DNA of 64,000 nt, from NCBI GenBank assembly GCA_963797385.1, contig CAWCPY010000017.1:1335-65334 (forward strand), read 5' to 3'. A program made the translations under genes and the position numbers. The notes beneath the pieces are model-generated. The model was not told the origin of the DNA. It saw only the letters and a list, made by a program, of their open reading frames with translations, and ran no database searches. This document shows, one piece after another, positions 44,891-55,006 of this stretch; the stretch's first letter is position 1, and every line of letters starts with the position of its first letter. The stretch is from Terriglobia bacterium (lineage in GTDB: Bacteria; Acidobacteriota; Terriglobia; Terriglobales; Acidobacteriaceae).

Positions 44891-46598
44891 ATGTTCCGCC
44901 GGATTCTTCCCGCACTTTTCTTTGCTCTCATCGTCGCAAACGCGATTTCCATGCAAGCGGCCGGCAAGCCGAACATCGTCCTGATCACTCTAAGTTCCAC
45001 GCGCGCCGATCGCATGGGTTTTCTCGGCTCGAAAGCGAAAATTACGCCGAACCTCGATGGCCTGGCCCGCCAGAGCCTGATTTTCGAACACGCATATTCC
45101 CAGGCGCCGCTGACGGTGGTCTCCCACGCAACCATCCTTACTGGCACTTATCCCCAGACCCACCGGGTCAGCGAGTTCGGCTCCCGGCTGGCGTCCACGC
45201 TGCCTTTCGTCCCTGACTTGTTGCGCGCAGGTGGATATCGTACCGCCGCCTTCGTCGGATCGATCGCGCTCGATCCGAAAAACGGACTGGCTCCGGGCTT
45301 CGACCGCGGATTTTCGACATACGACGCCGGCTTTCAGCCGCCGGGAGCATGGCCCGGGCCGAAACAGCTCAGTCGATCGGGCAGCAGCGCAAGTCGTCGC
45401 TCGGGCTGCGGCCTGGCTTGCCCGCAATCCTAACGGCCCATTCTTCCTGTGGGTGCACCTGAATGATCCACAGGCTGCGTCCGGCGCTTCCTACAATGCC
45501 GCCGTGGGCGCCACTGATGTTGCCGCGGGAAAGCTGATTGCCGTCTTGCGGGCCCGGAAGCTGTACGACGATGCACTCATTGTTATTGCTGCCGATCACG
45601 GTCAGGGCCTGGGCGAGCATGGCGAGGAGACTCACGGAGTCTTCCTCTACGATGAAACCATCCATGTGCCCTTGTTGCTGAAGTTGCCTCAGAACCAGAG
45701 CGCGGGTAAGCGAGTGAGCGGGCGGGCTTCACTGGTGGACGTTGCTCCCACCGTCCTTGCCATCGCGGGCGTGCCGATTCCGTCGCAGATGCAGGGGCAG
45801 TCTTTATTGAGAATCTCGAAGACGAATTCCGATCAGGCCTCTTATTCGGTCAGCGATTTTCCGAAACGCGGGTTCGGGTGGAGCGCGCTGGAATCCTGGC
45901 GTGCGGGTAAATATCTATACATCAAGGCGCCCCAGCCGGAGCTCTATGATCTCTCGGCCGACCCCGGCGCCACGCGCAATCTGGCCGAGACTTCCAAGGC
46001 CACGCTCGAAACCATCGCCGGTCAGCTGGATGCCTTCGACCGGCGTTTCAGCAACCCCGGCGCCTCCGGAGGCCCTGAACTTACCTCCAGCGAAATGCAG
46101 AAGCTGGCTTCGCTGGGATACGTCGGCCTGCAGAAATCCGCGGGTCCGAACGCCGCCGCGACGGGAGTCGATCCGAAGGATGGAATTGCAGACGCAAACA
46201 AGGTCCTGGCGGCGCTGGCGTTGCTGGACGAAGGAAAGCCGGAGAAGGCTGCGGCCATTCTGCAGCCAGTGCTGGCAACGGGCTCAAGGATGTACCTGGC
46301 CCAATTCGTCATGGGATCTGCGCTGGCCCGCCAGCAACAGTATCCCAAGGCCATTGAGTATTTGCGGCATGCGATCGAGCTCCAGCCCGACTCGACCTGG
46401 GCGCACTACGAAATGGGTGCCAGCCTCTTGAAGAGCGGCGATTTCAAGACCGCAGTTGTCCACCTGGAGATTGCCGCAAGCCGGCTGCCCGGCTTCGCGG
46501 AGGCCCATGCCCTGCTGGCCCAGGCTTACGACCATCTAGGGCGGGCGGAAGAGGCGAAGCGAGAGCGCTCCCAATCGGGGGCCTCGCCGAAGCCGTAG
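44891..46598 (+). CDS. sulfatase-like hydrolase with C-terminal TPR domain, apparent +1 frameshift near 45343
   Basis: Signal peptide, then NIVLITLSSTRADRMG...THATILTG in the frame of ORF 44789..45433. It continues as FFLWVHLNDP...IAADHGQGLGEHGE plus TPRs in the frame of ORF 45231..46598. Confidence 0.75.
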
Positions 46599-46611
46599 TC
46601 CCTCGGCCTTC

Positions 46612-46639
46612 TTGACAATAATCCCATAATGTCTATCAT
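46612..46639 (+). promoter_or_regulatory. sigma70-like promoter of the sulfate-uptake operon leader
   Basis: TTGACA (46612-46617), 16 nt spacer, TATCAT (46634-46639). The hexamers are the same as in the hsp20 promoter. Confidence 0.5.
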
Positions 46640-46682
46640 GTTAGTAGACTTATGTGGCAATTATGTCGTATACTATTTTCCG

Positions 46683-46772
46683 ATGCTAGCCAACCACATC
46701 TCCACGAGCTGTATCTGTACGTGCTGTCGTTGCACGTGTTGCAGTCATCGTGGACGTGGGGATGGAATGTAG
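46683..46772 (+). CDS. candidate Cys-rich leader peptide (29 aa: MLANHISTSCICTCCRCTCCSHRGRGDGM)
   Basis: Manual translation; the ORF is too short for the ORF track. It has 7 Cys codons within 11 codons (46710-46742). No obvious SD. Confidence 0.55.
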   Translation: MLANHISTSCICTCCRCTCCSHRGRGDGM

Positions 46773-46796
46773 CCGGACCAGGACATTCGATTTCTC

Positions 46797-46836
46797 AAAC
46801 GGCCCACGAATCAGATTCGTGGGCCGTTTGCTTTTT
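46797..46836 (+). terminator. strong intrinsic terminator inside the sbp leader (attenuator candidate)
   Basis: AAACGGCCCACGAAT / CAG loop / ATTCGTGGGCCGTTT is a perfect 15-bp stem. It is followed by GCTTTTT and lies 54 nt upstream of the sbp ATG. Confidence 0.8.
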
Positions 46837-46889
46837 ACGGCCCCGGAACCGGGTTCGCGGCGCCGCGTGAAATTTCAAAGGGGAAGGTA

Positions 46890-47915
46890 ATGCAGAGCAG
46901 AGTTCTGGTGGTTACGGGGTTACTGGTTGCGGGACTGCTGCTCCTGTTGTCCATCCCGGGGGGAGCGCAGGGCGGCGAGGTCACGCTGCTCAACGTTTCC
47001 TACGACCCCACGCGCGAGCTGTATCAGGATTTCAATCAGGCCTTTGCCAAATACTGGAAGGCGAAAACCGGCCAGGCGGTCAATATCGAGCAGTCTCATG
47101 CAGGATCGAGCAAGCAAGCCCGCGCTGTCATTGACGGATTGCAGGCCGATGTTGTCACCCTCGCCCTGGCCTACGACATCGACGCAATTTCCCAGAATGC
47201 CGGTTTACTCCCCGCGGACTGGCAGAAACGCTTGCCCGAGAACAGCACGCCCTACACCTCAACCATCGTTTTTCTGGTGCGCAAGGGCAATCCCAAACAC
47301 ATCAAAGACTGGGACGACCTGGTAAAGCCGGGAATTTCAGTGATCACGCCCAATCCCAAGACCTCGGGCGGGGCCCGCTGGAATTACCTGGCGGCCTGGG
47401 CCTATGCCCTCAAACAGCCCGGCGGAAGCGAACAAAAAGCGCAGGATTTTGTGCAGCGTTTGTATAAGAACGTCCCCGTGCTCGATTCCGGGGCGCGCGG
47501 TTCCACCACGACTTTCGTCCAGCGCGAGATCGGGGACGTGCTCCTGGCCTGGGAAAACGAGGCTTTTCTGTCAATAAAGGAGCTGGGGCCCGAAAAAGCG
47601 GAAATCGTTGTGCCCTCACAAAGCATCTTAGCTGAGCCGCCCGTTTCGATCGTGGACAAGGTGGTGGACAAGAAGGGCACCCGGAAGGTGGCCCAGGCCT
47701 ATCTGGAATATCTGTACACGCCTGAGGGGCAGGAAATTGCGGCCAGGAACTACTACCGGCCGCGGCTTGATTCCGTGGCCCGGAAGTACGCTTCGACATT
47801 TCCGAAGCTAAAGCTGGTCACCATCGACGAGGTTTTCGGTGGCTGGCAGGCGGCCCAGAAGAAACATTTTGCCGACGGAGGCGTGTTCGACCAGATCTAT
47901 CAGCCCAGTCAATAA
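46890..47915 (+). CDS. sbp: sulfate/thiosulfate ABC transporter substrate-binding protein
   Basis: Signal peptide, then [25 protein letters not shown]...[24 protein letters not shown], typical of Sbp/CysP. Confidence 0.88.
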   Translation: MQSRVLVVTGLLVAGLLLLLSIPGGAQGGEVTLLNVSYDPTRELYQDFNQAFAKYWKAKTGQAVNIEQSHAGSSKQARAVIDGLQADVVTLALAYDIDAISQNAGLLPADWQKRLPENSTPYTSTIVFLVRKGNPKHIKDWDDLVKPGISVITPNPKTSGGARWNYLAAWAYALKQPGGSEQKAQDFVQRLYKNVPVLDSGARGSTTTFVQREIGDVLLAWENEAFLSIKELGPEKAEIVVPSQSILAEPPVSIVDKVVDKKGTRKVAQAYLEYLYTPEGQEIAARNYYRPRLDSVARKYASTFPKLKLVTIDEVFGGWQAAQKKHFADGGVFDQIYQPSQ

Positions 47916-47920
47916 GTATT

Positions 47921-48784
47921 ATGGCTTTCACTTTCAAAAAACGCAGCAACCTGCCGGGCTTCGGACTGGCGTTGGGCTTCACCGTGCTGTATCTCAGCCT
48001 GATCGTCCTGATCCCGCTGGCGGCTACTTTTCTGAAAGCGTCTGCTCTCAGCTGGGACCAGTTCTGGCACATTGTGGCTTCTCCGCGTGCCGTGGCTTCC
48101 TATCGCTTGACCTTCGGGGCCTCGCTTATCGGTGCTTTGATCAATCTGGTATTCGGCGTCCTAGTGGCGTGGGTGCTGGTGCGCTATAGCTTTCCCGGCA
48201 AGCGGCTCTTCGACTCGCTGGTCGATCTCCCATTCGCTCTGCCGACGGCGGTCGCGGGCATTGCCCTGACCACGATCTATGCGCCCAATGGCTGGCTCGG
48301 CCGGCCACTGGCGTCTATCGGAATCAAGTCGGCGTACTCGCCGCTCGGGATCGCGATCGCGCTCACCTTCATCGGACTTCCGTTCGTAGTTCGAAGTGTG
48401 CAGCCGGTCCTCGAAGACATGGACAAGGAACTCGAAGAAGCCGCGGCCAGTCTCGGGGCCAGCCGGTGGCAAACTTTTTCGCGGGTGGTGCTGCCCACAA
48501 TTCTGCCCGCTGCGCTGGCAGGATTCGCCATGGCGTTTGCGCGGGCGATCGGCGAATACGGCTCGGTGGTTTTCATCTCCGGCAATATGCCGATGCGGAC
48601 TGAAATCACTCCCTTGCTGATCATGACCAAGCTCGACCAGTTCGACTATGCGGGCGCGACTGCCATCGCGGTAGTCATGCTGGTGTTTTCGCTGATCTTG
48701 CTGCTGCCCATCAACCTCTTGCAGAAGTGGAGCAGCAGCCGCGAAGAGAAGACGACTGCCCTGGTCGCGGAGGAGATCCACTAG
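47921..48784 (+). CDS. cysT: sulfate ABC transporter permease CysT
   Basis: Six-TM permease with an EAA-type loop ([15 protein letters not shown]). It is second in the operon. Confidence 0.85.
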   Translation: MAFTFKKRSNLPGFGLALGFTVLYLSLIVLIPLAATFLKASALSWDQFWHIVASPRAVASYRLTFGASLIGALINLVFGVLVAWVLVRYSFPGKRLFDSLVDLPFALPTAVAGIALTTIYAPNGWLGRPLASIGIKSAYSPLGIAIALTFIGLPFVVRSVQPVLEDMDKELEEAAASLGASRWQTFSRVVLPTILPAALAGFAMAFARAIGEYGSVVFISGNMPMRTEITPLLIMTKLDQFDYAGATAIAVVMLVFSLILLLPINLLQKWSSSREEKTTALVAEEIH

Positions 48785-48786
48785 CG

Positions 48787-49701
48787 ATGGCGACTACTCT
48801 TCCACTCAGCACGCGAAACCTGTTGCCGGCGCGAAGGGTCGCGACGGCCGCCACCGGCGAATCGGCTGTTGTCCGCTGGGTCCTGATCGCCGTGGCTGTA
48901 ATCTTCCTCGGGGTGTTTATCTTCCTGCCGCTGGCGATCGTCTTTTCCCAGGCGTTCGCCAAAGGGATTGGCGCCTATTGGGCGAGTCTGCGCGAACCCG
49001 ACGCGTTGTCGGCGATCCGTCTGACCTTGCTGGCGGCGGGCATTGCTGTTCCCCTGAACCTTGTCTTTGGAATCGCCGCGGCCTGGGCCATCGGCAAGTT
49101 CGAGTTCTTCGGCAAGAGTTTGCTGATCACCCTAATCGATCTGCCATTCTCGGTCTCGCCGGTCGTCGCTGGATTGATTTATGTCCTGCTGTTCGGCCTG
49201 CAAGGAGCGCTGGGACCGTGGCTGGGGCGGCACGATCTGCAAATCATTTTCGCGGTGCCGGGAATCGTTCTGGCCACCATCTTCGTGACTTTTCCTTTTG
49301 TGGCCCGCGAACTGATCCCGCTGCTGCAGGCGCAAGGCCAGGAGGAAGAGGAAGCCGCCCTGGCTCTCGGCGCCAGTGGCTGGCAAACTTTTTTTCGCGT
49401 AAGCCTGCCCAATATCAAATGGGGACTGCTCTATGGCGTGATTCTCTGCAATGCCCGCGCCATGGGCGAGTTCGGAGCGGTTTCGGTGGTCTCCGGCCAT
49501 ATTCGCGGACGCACCACTACCATGCCGCTGCACGTTGAAATTCTTTACAACGAATACCAATTCTCGGCCGCATTCGCGGTGGCCTCCTTGTTGGCCTTGC
49601 TGGCCCTGGCCACCCTGCTGGTGAAGACCGTTGTCGAATGGCGAGCGCGACGGCAGCAGGCGGAGTCGGTGCGCTGGGATGGAGAAGAGCAAACCGCATG
49701 A
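48787..49701 (+). CDS. cysW: sulfate ABC transporter permease CysW
   Basis: Paralogous permease ([18 protein letters not shown]). The start is taken at the internal ATG 48787, 2 nt after the cysT stop. Confidence 0.85.
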   Translation: MATTLPLSTRNLLPARRVATAATGESAVVRWVLIAVAVIFLGVFIFLPLAIVFSQAFAKGIGAYWASLREPDALSAIRLTLLAAGIAVPLNLVFGIAAAWAIGKFEFFGKSLLITLIDLPFSVSPVVAGLIYVLLFGLQGALGPWLGRHDLQIIFAVPGIVLATIFVTFPFVARELIPLLQAQGQEEEEAALALGASGWQTFFRVSLPNIKWGLLYGVILCNARAMGEFGAVSVVSGHIRGRTTTMPLHVEILYNEYQFSAAFAVASLLALLALATLLVKTVVEWRARRQQAESVRWDGEEQTA

Positions 49702-50726
49702 GCATTGAAGCCAAAAATATCAGCAAAAAGTTTGGGCAATTTGCCGCGCTCGACAACGTCAGTCTGAAGATTCCCTCGGGTGAACTGGTGGCGCTGCTAG
49801 GCCCGTCGGGCTCCGGCAAAACCACGCTTCTGCGCATCATCGCCGGCCTGGAATTTGCTGACTCCGGGATCATCATGTTCGATGGCGAAGACACTACTCA
49901 CCGCACCGCCCGCGATCGCCGCGTGGGCTTTGTCTTCCAGCATTACGCCCTCTTTCGGCACATGACGGTGTTTGAAAACATAGCCTTTGGACTGCAGGTC
50001 CGCCCCCGGAATGTGCGTCCGTCGAAGGAACAGATCCACGACAAGGTGCACGAGTTGCTGGGCCTGATCCAGTTGAAGAACCTGTCCGGCCGCTATCCTT
50101 CGCAACTTTCCGGCGGCCAGCGCCAGCGCGTCGCCCTGGCCCGAGCCCTGGCAGTCGAGCCCAGCGTCCTCCTGCTCGACGAACCCTTCGGCTCACTGGA
50201 TGCAAAAGTCCGCCTGGAACTGCGCCGCTGGCTGCGACAGTTGCACGACGAAGTTCACATCACCAGCGTATTCGTCACCCACGACCAGGAAGAAGCTCTG
50301 GAGGTCTCCGACCGGGTGGCGGTGATGAACGAGGGCCGCATCGAGCAAGTCGGCAGCCCGGACGAGGTTTACCATCACCCGAAGACCCCCTTCGTTTACA
50401 ACTTTCTCGGCAGCGTGAACCTGTTCCATGGCCGCATGGACGAAGAAAATCCCGCCATCCACGATGTGGAAACCGGGGATCTCGTTTATGTGCGGCCGCA
50501 CTTGCTGGAAATTCAGCGCCAGCCCAATGGTGGAAGCAACTTTCGCGCCATCATCAAACACATCAATTCCGCCGGCCCTCTGGTAAAAGTTGAAGCGCTC
50601 AGCGAGTGGGGAGCTCCGGTCCAGGTCGAGATGTCGCAGGAAAAATTCCAGGAGCTTCAGCTGGCCAAGGAAGAAACCGTTTTCATCATCCCCAAAGAGC
50701 TAAAGGTCTTCCACAAGACTCTCTAG
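49698..50726 (+). CDS. cysA: sulfate ABC transporter ATP-binding protein CysA
   Basis: Walker [10 protein letters not shown], signature LSGGQRQR, Walker B LLLDEP. ATGA overlap with cysW. Confidence 0.9.
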   Translation: MSIEAKNISKKFGQFAALDNVSLKIPSGELVALLGPSGSGKTTLLRIIAGLEFADSGIIMFDGEDTTHRTARDRRVGFVFQHYALFRHMTVFENIAFGLQVRPRNVRPSKEQIHDKVHELLGLIQLKNLSGRYPSQLSGGQRQRVALARALAVEPSVLLLDEPFGSLDAKVRLELRRWLRQLHDEVHITSVFVTHDQEEALEVSDRVAVMNEGRIEQVGSPDEVYHHPKTPFVYNFLGSVNLFHGRMDEENPAIHDVETGDLVYVRPHLLEIQRQPNGGSNFRAIIKHINSAGPLVKVEALSEWGAPVQVEMSQEKFQELQLAKEETVFIIPKELKVFHKTL

Positions 50727-50734
50727 CTGGAGAA

Positions 50735-50851
50735 CCACGTGGGGACAGCCGCCCTCGGCTGTCCAGCGGAGCGAAGCTCCGCTATCTTCCATGGGTAAAC
50801 CCCGTCGAGCTGCGCTCGACCGGACCGCCGAGGGCGGCTGTCCTCACGTGG
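50735..50851. repeat. four-hairpin REP-like element, full copy
   Basis: CCACGTGGGGACAGCCGCCCTCGGCTGTCC AGCGGAGCGAAGCTCCGC ... GTCGAGCTGCGCTCGAC CGGACCGCCGAGGGCGGCTGTCCTCACGTGG. Confidence 0.9.
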
Positions 50852-51007
50852 CCTCGCGTTACTTTTGTACTCTTTCCCCGCAGCCCCGGTTATAGACACT
50901 ATGAACGGGTAGTGTGCGCACCCCAGGGGCAATCCCCGGCCCGCGTTCCGGTGCGCAGCACAGGCATCAGCTTGATTCTCGTTTAGCTGACTCTTGCGCG
51001 CAATCGC

Positions 51008-53083
51008 TTGCGACTCCTTGCCATGAGCCAGGAACCATACACGACCTACCGGACTGTCGCCCGCCTCGGCGCTGTGCTGTTAATGCTCCTGGGAAGCTTG
51101 GTGCTCCTGGGCTGGCTTTGGAATGTAGGATTCCTCACCAGCGTTCTGCCCGGGCGCATCACCATGAAGCCGAACACGGCCGTCGGCTTTCTGTTTCTCG
51201 GCCTGGCCCTTTTCCTGCTGACCCAGCCCAAAAAGACTCGCAGCCCGCAACTGTGGTGTGCCGCTTCCGCAGCGCTGGTCAGCCTGATCGGATTGCTGAC
51301 CTTGGCCGAGTATGTGTTCCACGCCAATCTGGGGATCGACCAGTTACTGTTCAAAGACGTGGTGCAATTGTCCTATCCCGGCAGGATGGCCCACATTACC
51401 GCCTTCAACTTTTTTATTGCCGGGTTGAGCGTCCTGTTGTTGGCCTTCTGGGAGAAGCAAGCCCGGCTCTCCCAGAGTCTGGCAGCGGTTACCGGACTGA
51501 GCGCCCTCTTCGCCATCGTCGGATACCTGTACGGCGTTCCCCTGCTTTACGGTTCAATCGAGTACACGTCGATGGCGCTTCACACCGGCGCCGGATTTCT
51601 GATCGGTTCTCTGGCTCTCTTGTTTTGTCGGGCGGATCTGGGCCTGATGGAGGTGCTCACCAGTTCCTATGCGGGCGGCTGGCTGGCCCGCAGACTGTTG
51701 CCGGTGACCGCGATTGTTCCGGCTTTGCTCGGCGCTACATGCATCCACAGCCGATTATTTTCGAGCGACGTGCGGCTGAACATCGCGTGTCTGGTGGTGG
51801 TCCAGATCGTTTTGTTCATGACCCTGGTATGGATTCTGGCCTTCGTGCTGAACCGTGCCGAGTCCGAAAAAGGGTTGGCCCAGGATGCCCTGGCCCGCTC
51901 GGAAAAACTTTTGCAACAATCGCAACGGATGGAAGCCATCGGTCTTCTCGCGGGTGGCGTAGCTCACGACTTCAACAACCTGCTGGCCGTGATCAACGGC
52001 TACAGCGATCTCCTGCTCGAGCGTGCCGGTGTGCCCGACGCGGATCGCAGGAGCCTGGAGCAGATCAAGCAGGCAGGCAACAGCGCCGCCTCGCTCACAC
52101 GCCAGCTCCTGATGCTGAGCCGGCAACAGGTGGTCGAGCCTGTAGTCCTGAATATCAACCAGACGGTCGGCGCCCTGGACAAGATGCTGCGGCGCCTGAT
52201 CAAGGAGAACATCGAATTTTCGTTTGTGCTGGACCCGCAACTGGACCGCGTGAAAGCCGACCCGGGACAGATTGAACAGATTGTTCTGAATCTGGTCGTC
52301 AACGCGCGCGACGCCATGCCCAACGGTGGCAGCCTGCGCATCCAGACGAAAAATGTCGAGAGGGTGGACGCTCACGCGGGCCCGGCCACCCCGCCCAGCC
52401 GCTTCGTGCTGCTGGAGGTGACCGACACCGGCTGCGGCATGGACCCCGAAACCCAGGCGCGCATCTTCGAACCATTTTTCACCACGAAAGCTGTAGGCAA
52501 GGGAACCGGGCTGGGGCTGGCCACGGTTTACGGAATCGTGAAGCAGAGTAACGGCTGCATCGAAGTGCAAAGCACCCTGGGGCGCGGATCATCCTTCCAG
52601 ATTTTTCTTCCTTCCGAAGCCCAGGCGGGAGCCGCGCTCGAACCCGGCAAAGATAACAACACCGACCCTGCGTTTTCGGGAGAGACGGTGCTCGTGGTCG
52701 AAGATGCGGAAGCGTTACGCGAATTGATCTGCGGGGCCTTGAGCGCCTCAGGCTGCAACGTGTTATCTGCGCCCCAGGGCCAGGAAGCGTTGCGCATCGT
52801 CAACCAGCAAAAAGGCATGATCGATCTGCTGGTCACGGACGTGATCATGCCGGGAATGAACGGCCCCGCTCTGGCCAAACAGGTCCGCGAACTTCGCCCC
52901 GAGATAAAGGTCCTTTACATGACCGGATACAGCGGCGAGTTTGTCCGCTCAGACATGCTGATTCCCGGCGTGTCTTTCATCCAGAAGCCTTTCACCCCCG
53001 CCGACCTCCGGCGCAAAATCCGCAAAATGCTGGGGGACAAACCCACGTTGGCCAAGAAGGCCGCCGCTGGCAGCGCAGGCTGA
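51008..53083 (+). CDS. hybrid sensor histidine kinase / response regulator with polytopic N-terminal sensor
   Basis: About 8 TMs, H-box (GVAHDFNNLL), N/G boxes (NLVVNARDAM, DTGCGM, GTGLGL) and a C-terminal receiver (VLVVEDAE...DLLVTDVIMPGMNG). Confidence 0.85.
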   Translation: MRLLAMSQEPYTTYRTVARLGAVLLMLLGSLVLLGWLWNVGFLTSVLPGRITMKPNTAVGFLFLGLALFLLTQPKKTRSPQLWCAASAALVSLIGLLTLAEYVFHANLGIDQLLFKDVVQLSYPGRMAHITAFNFFIAGLSVLLLAFWEKQARLSQSLAAVTGLSALFAIVGYLYGVPLLYGSIEYTSMALHTGAGFLIGSLALLFCRADLGLMEVLTSSYAGGWLARRLLPVTAIVPALLGATCIHSRLFSSDVRLNIACLVVVQIVLFMTLVWILAFVLNRAESEKGLAQDALARSEKLLQQSQRMEAIGLLAGGVAHDFNNLLAVINGYSDLLLERAGVPDADRRSLEQIKQAGNSAASLTRQLLMLSRQQVVEPVVLNINQTVGALDKMLRRLIKENIEFSFVLDPQLDRVKADPGQIEQIVLNLVVNARDAMPNGGSLRIQTKNVERVDAHAGPATPPSRFVLLEVTDTGCGMDPETQARIFEPFFTTKAVGKGTGLGLATVYGIVKQSNGCIEVQSTLGRGSSFQIFLPSEAQAGAALEPGKDNNTDPAFSGETVLVVEDAEALRELICGALSASGCNVLSAPQGQEALRIVNQQKGMIDLLVTDVIMPGMNGPALAKQVRELRPEIKVLYMTGYSGEFVRSDMLIPGVSFIQKPFTPADLRRKIRKMLGDKPTLAKKAAAGSAG

Positions 53084-53179
53084 CCCCTGGGGCGTTGAGG
53101 CAGATGACCGCGGAACCCGAGGGCGGCTGCCCCTACGTGATACACAACCAACGCTCCCTGGCCTCTCATCTAATCAGCC

Positions 53180-53731
53180 ATGCGAACAGTTGCGTCCAAA
53201 CTCGGTGTGATCGCCTTCATTCTGCTGCTGCTGCCGGCCGCGGCCCTGGCCCAAATCCCTACTCGCGGCAATGTCTTTTTTGGATATTCCTACGGCAGCG
53301 CCGACTTGTCTTCCAACGGCCGCACTAACCTCAACGGTTGGAACGGGTCTCTCGAAGGCAAAGTTTTGCCCTGGGTGGGATTCGTGGTTGATTTCAGCGG
53401 CCTCTATGGCACTCAGAATATTCCTGTCGCCCCGAGTTTCAGCGCTGACACCAACATGAACAGCGTGGTCCTCGGTCCGCGCGTGTCCGTCGGAGTCGGG
53501 AAATTTACGCCCTTTGCCCACGCCTTGTTCGGGGCTTCACACATACACGAGAGCGCTGCCGGCTTTTCCGACTCGGACACTTCGTTTGCCAGCACCCTGG
53601 GCGGAGGCATCGACTATCGGCTGATCCACGGTATCGGCGTGCGGGTGCAAGCCGACATGCTGCAAACGCGCTTCTTCAGCAATACGCAAAACAATTTCCG
53701 GCTCTCCACGGGCATCGTTTTGCATTTCTGA
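53180..53731 (+). CDS. small outer-membrane beta-barrel protein
   Basis: Signal peptide (LLLLPAAALAQ), alternating beta-strand pattern, and a C-terminal ...STGIVLHF ending in Phe. Confidence 0.7.
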   Translation: MRTVASKLGVIAFILLLLPAAALAQIPTRGNVFFGYSYGSADLSSNGRTNLNGWNGSLEGKVLPWVGFVVDFSGLYGTQNIPVAPSFSADTNMNSVVLGPRVSVGVGKFTPFAHALFGASHIHESAAGFSDSDTSFASTLGGGIDYRLIHGIGVRVQADMLQTRFFSNTQNNFRLSTGIVLHF

Positions 53732-53757
53732 CGCCTGCACGCGACGAAGGGAAAGCG

Positions 53758-54552
53758 TCAACCCACGCTTTCGTATTCGGCTTCTTCAAGGGACCCTGGT
53801 TCGTCAGCAGTTTCGGCCAGATTGGAATCAGCCTGTTCGGGCTCCCCCTCTTGGCCTGCCTCGCGGTATTCGTGGATACGAACTCCGTTGGAGTCAATCG
53901 TCAGGTAGGTTGGCGGAAAATCGGTCCAGCTGCCGGAGTTGTAGTAGGCGACGCCATCTCGTTCGATGCAGGTTGCCTGGTGAGTGTGACCGCAGAAGAC
54001 CCGATCCGCATGGCGCAGGCGGGCGTGCAGGATGGCGCCGGAAGCCACCTTCGAGGAGAGGCGCAACCAGCGGGCATTCAAGCGATCCAAAAAGCGCGAG
54101 AACGCCTTGCCCTTGAAGTCGAGCTTCTGCAGTTGCAGATGCACAAACGTCCCCGCAGCGCTGAGCAGCAGATTATTGACGGCAAAGCGGTCAAACTGGT
54201 GACCATGAATGGCCAGGTGACGGTGTCCGTCAAACTCCCACTCGTATTCCTCGTACACTTTCACGCCCACCAGGTGAGACATGATGTTGCTGAGCCCGCG
54301 ATCGTGATTGCCCTCCACCCAGACCACCTCAATGCCGCGCTTGGGATTGGATAGCTTGCGGATGTAGCCGAGGAACTTCCAGTGGGGCTTGGTCAGACGG
54401 CCAAAGTTCAGGTCAGAAAAAATGTCGCCCAGTAGGATCAGCCGTCGGAAACGGTTTTCCCGCAGCATCCGCGTGGCCTGCTCGGCGCGGCTGATCTCCG
54501 ACCCGAGATGCAGGTCGGAGAGAATGAGCGTGTCGTAAACGGCGGCACTCAT
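53758..54552 (-). CDS. calcineurin-like metallophosphoesterase (LpxH-like)
   Basis: LSDLHLG, LLGDIF, GNHD and GHQFD/GHTH motifs. The start is taken at the internal Met (MSAAVYDTLIL). Confidence 0.75.
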   Translation of the reverse strand: MSAAVYDTLILSDLHLGSEISRAEQATRMLRENRFRRLILLGDIFSDLNFGRLTKPHWKFLGYIRKLSNPKRGIEVVWVEGNHDRGLSNIMSHLVGVKVYEEYEWEFDGHRHLAIHGHQFDRFAVNNLLLSAAGTFVHLQLQKLDFKGKAFSRFLDRLNARWLRLSSKVASGAILHARLRHADRVFCGHTHQATCIERDGVAYYNSGSWTDFPPTYLTIDSNGVRIHEYREAGQEGEPEQADSNLAETADEPGSLEEAEYESVG

Positions 54553-54669
54553 CACCCTAAGTTCTAGCAAAGCCATGTTACAGGGTGATGAAAATTGCAC
54601 CAAAAATAGGGCAGTCAGGTTGCCCCTACGTGGGTCCTGGCGGACCATCATCTCCGAATTTCGCTAAGC

Positions 54670-54948
54670 TTACTTCGAAGCGGGAGGCACGTACTCTTTG
54701 GGCGGGGCCGCGCCTTCGCCGAAAAAGTATTGCTCCATCTGCTTGACGATCGCGGCCTGGTCTTCACGCCGCGCGGGGTTGAGGCGATATTCGTTGAGCA
54801 GCATCTTGCAGAATTCCGTCCAACCCTTCCAGGCCTCGAGGGAGACGTTGTCGTAGATTTTCTGGCCCAGCTCGGTGTCGAAGGGAAGCTCATCCAGGCC
54901 GGGAAGCTCCTTCTTTAGCTTTACGCAGAAAACCTTGTGCTCAGCCAT
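54670..54948 (-). CDS. yggX: Fe(2+)-trafficking / oxidative damage protection protein YggX
   Basis: VFCVKLKKELPGLDELPF..ELGQKIYDNVSLEAWKGW...LLNEYRLN matches the YggX family pattern. Confidence 0.8.
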   Translation of the reverse strand: MAEHKVFCVKLKKELPGLDELPFDTELGQKIYDNVSLEAWKGWTEFCKMLLNEYRLNPARREDQAAIVKQMEQYFFGEGAAPPKEYVPPASK

Positions 54949-55006
54949 GAAATTCCTCGCAAGCCATGAAGGAAAATTATCTCACAAGGCGGGATTTCAG
55001 AAGGAT

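Noticed and set aside
46652-46870. 72-aa ORF from the track covering the sbp leader.
   Set aside because: It reads straight through the perfect intrinsic terminator and has no recognisable features. The 29-codon Cys-rich ORF in another frame plus the terminator explains the region better.
50914-52275. 453-aa ORF overlapping the 5' half of the hybrid histidine kinase gene in another frame.
   Set aside because: Its composition is Arg/Pro/Gly-rich and featureless. The overlapping frame encodes a coherent TM sensor plus HisKA/HATPase/REC protein.
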